Shown piece by piece: positions 47,064 through 47,496 of a stretch of DNA of 47,496 nucleotides. Position 1 is the first letter of the stretch, and each line of letters opens with the position of its first letter. The DNA comes from a virus (Duplodnaviria > Caudoviricetes): positions 1-47,496 of the IMG/VR virus record IMGVR_UViG_3300045580_000138. One strand, written 5' to 3'. The position numbers and the translations under genes were made by a program. The notes beneath the pieces are model-generated. The model ran no database searches, had not been told where the DNA came from, and saw only the letters and a program-made list of their open reading frames with translations.

Positions 47064-47272
47064 CGGGCATAATGCACTGGGCGCTCATAGTAACCGCGCT
47101 CATCCCGGTAGATTGAGACATAGCGCCCGTAGTGGGATTTCCCATCGTACCAAGTGAACGAGCGGGTCTGGCCGTAGCCAATGGGCGGGAACGTGCAATC
47201 CCAAGCTTCCAGCAGGCCCTCAGCTTCAAGGGCGGCGTTCAGGGTGGGGAAGTAGTTGCGGTTGACAGTCAT
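47060..47272 (-). CDS. 70-aa aromatic-rich hypothetical protein downstream of the hammerhead
   Basis: GGAG SD; F.TLNAALEAEGL...VSIYRDERG.YERPVHY. Confidence 0.75.
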   Translation of the reverse strand: MTVNRNYFPTLNAALEAEGLLEAWDCTFPPIGYGQTRSFTWYDGKSHYGRYVSIYRDERGYYERPVHYAR

Positions 47273-47290
47273 GGCAATCTCCAGTGGTGG

Positions 47291-47342
47291 GGTCTCATCA
47301 GTGCTGGCGTCACCAGCAGACCGCCTTGCGGCGGTTTCGACC
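47291..47342 (-). ncRNA. Hammerhead ribozyme, type II
   Basis: GGUC-GAAA-CCGCC(GCAA)GGCGG-UC^-UGCUGG(UGACG)CCAGCA-CUGAUGA-GACC; all core nucleotides and three perfect stems. Confidence 0.93.
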
Positions 47343-47496
47343 TGTTTAGAAGGGAATTTCGTCATCCCCGTAAGCTGGCGCGATGTAAGGGGCGGGGACG
47401 TACTTGCGTGCTGAGGCGCGGTAATCGTCATAAGACTTGGGTTCCGTGCCGTTCTGGTCACAATCGCAGCAATAATCGCAGTAGGATTCGTAATCA

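Noticed and set aside
47273-47461. N-terminal extension of the 47060..47461 ORF
   Set aside because: It runs through the hammerhead; the SD and ATG at 47272 give the better start

Overview
This window is a 47.5-kb slice of a tailed dsDNA phage genome with podovirus-like organisation. The host is probably an alphaproteobacterium (inference only). Positions 1-33204 (+) are the virion module. It holds basic head/internal proteins, a GroES-like chaperone, scaffold, major capsid and decoration proteins, three pectate-lyase-type tailspikes, a Thr-rich collagen-like fibre with an adjacent glycosyltransferase, a lysis cassette (M15 endolysin plus small membrane proteins), tail tubular/adaptor proteins, a GNAT, two large ejection proteins and a tail fibre. 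Positions 33205-36096 (-) are a recombination module (HNH, PD-(D/E)XK, SSB-like, ERF, Gp157). Positions 36172-40330 (+) are a replication module (RusA, DnaA-C HTH, initiator with iterons, split primase Zn-finger and primase-helicase). Positions 40457-47496 hold mostly leftward small early genes, two HTH proteins, DUF932 and tRNA-Thr(UGU). No terminase, portal, integrase, reverse transcriptase or CRISPR array is visible. The most notable items read from the sequence are: (1) a type II hammerhead ribozyme with a perfect core at 47291-47342 (-); (2) six leftward promoters carrying the same TCAC-N6-GTGA palindrome in the spacer, i.e. a phage-wide regulon, one member of which sits inside the head module; (3) a double-pseudoknot RNA after the capsid gene; (4) two short peptide tags (xxGG and I..AL.LAK) shared across several internal/ejection proteins, together with a stand-alone candidate partner domain; (5) a micro-ORF that copies the C-terminal YIYRNPV motif of the replication initiator; (6) an OOP-like antisense RNA upstream of the initiator. 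All functional calls come from motif recognition by eye; no searches were run.
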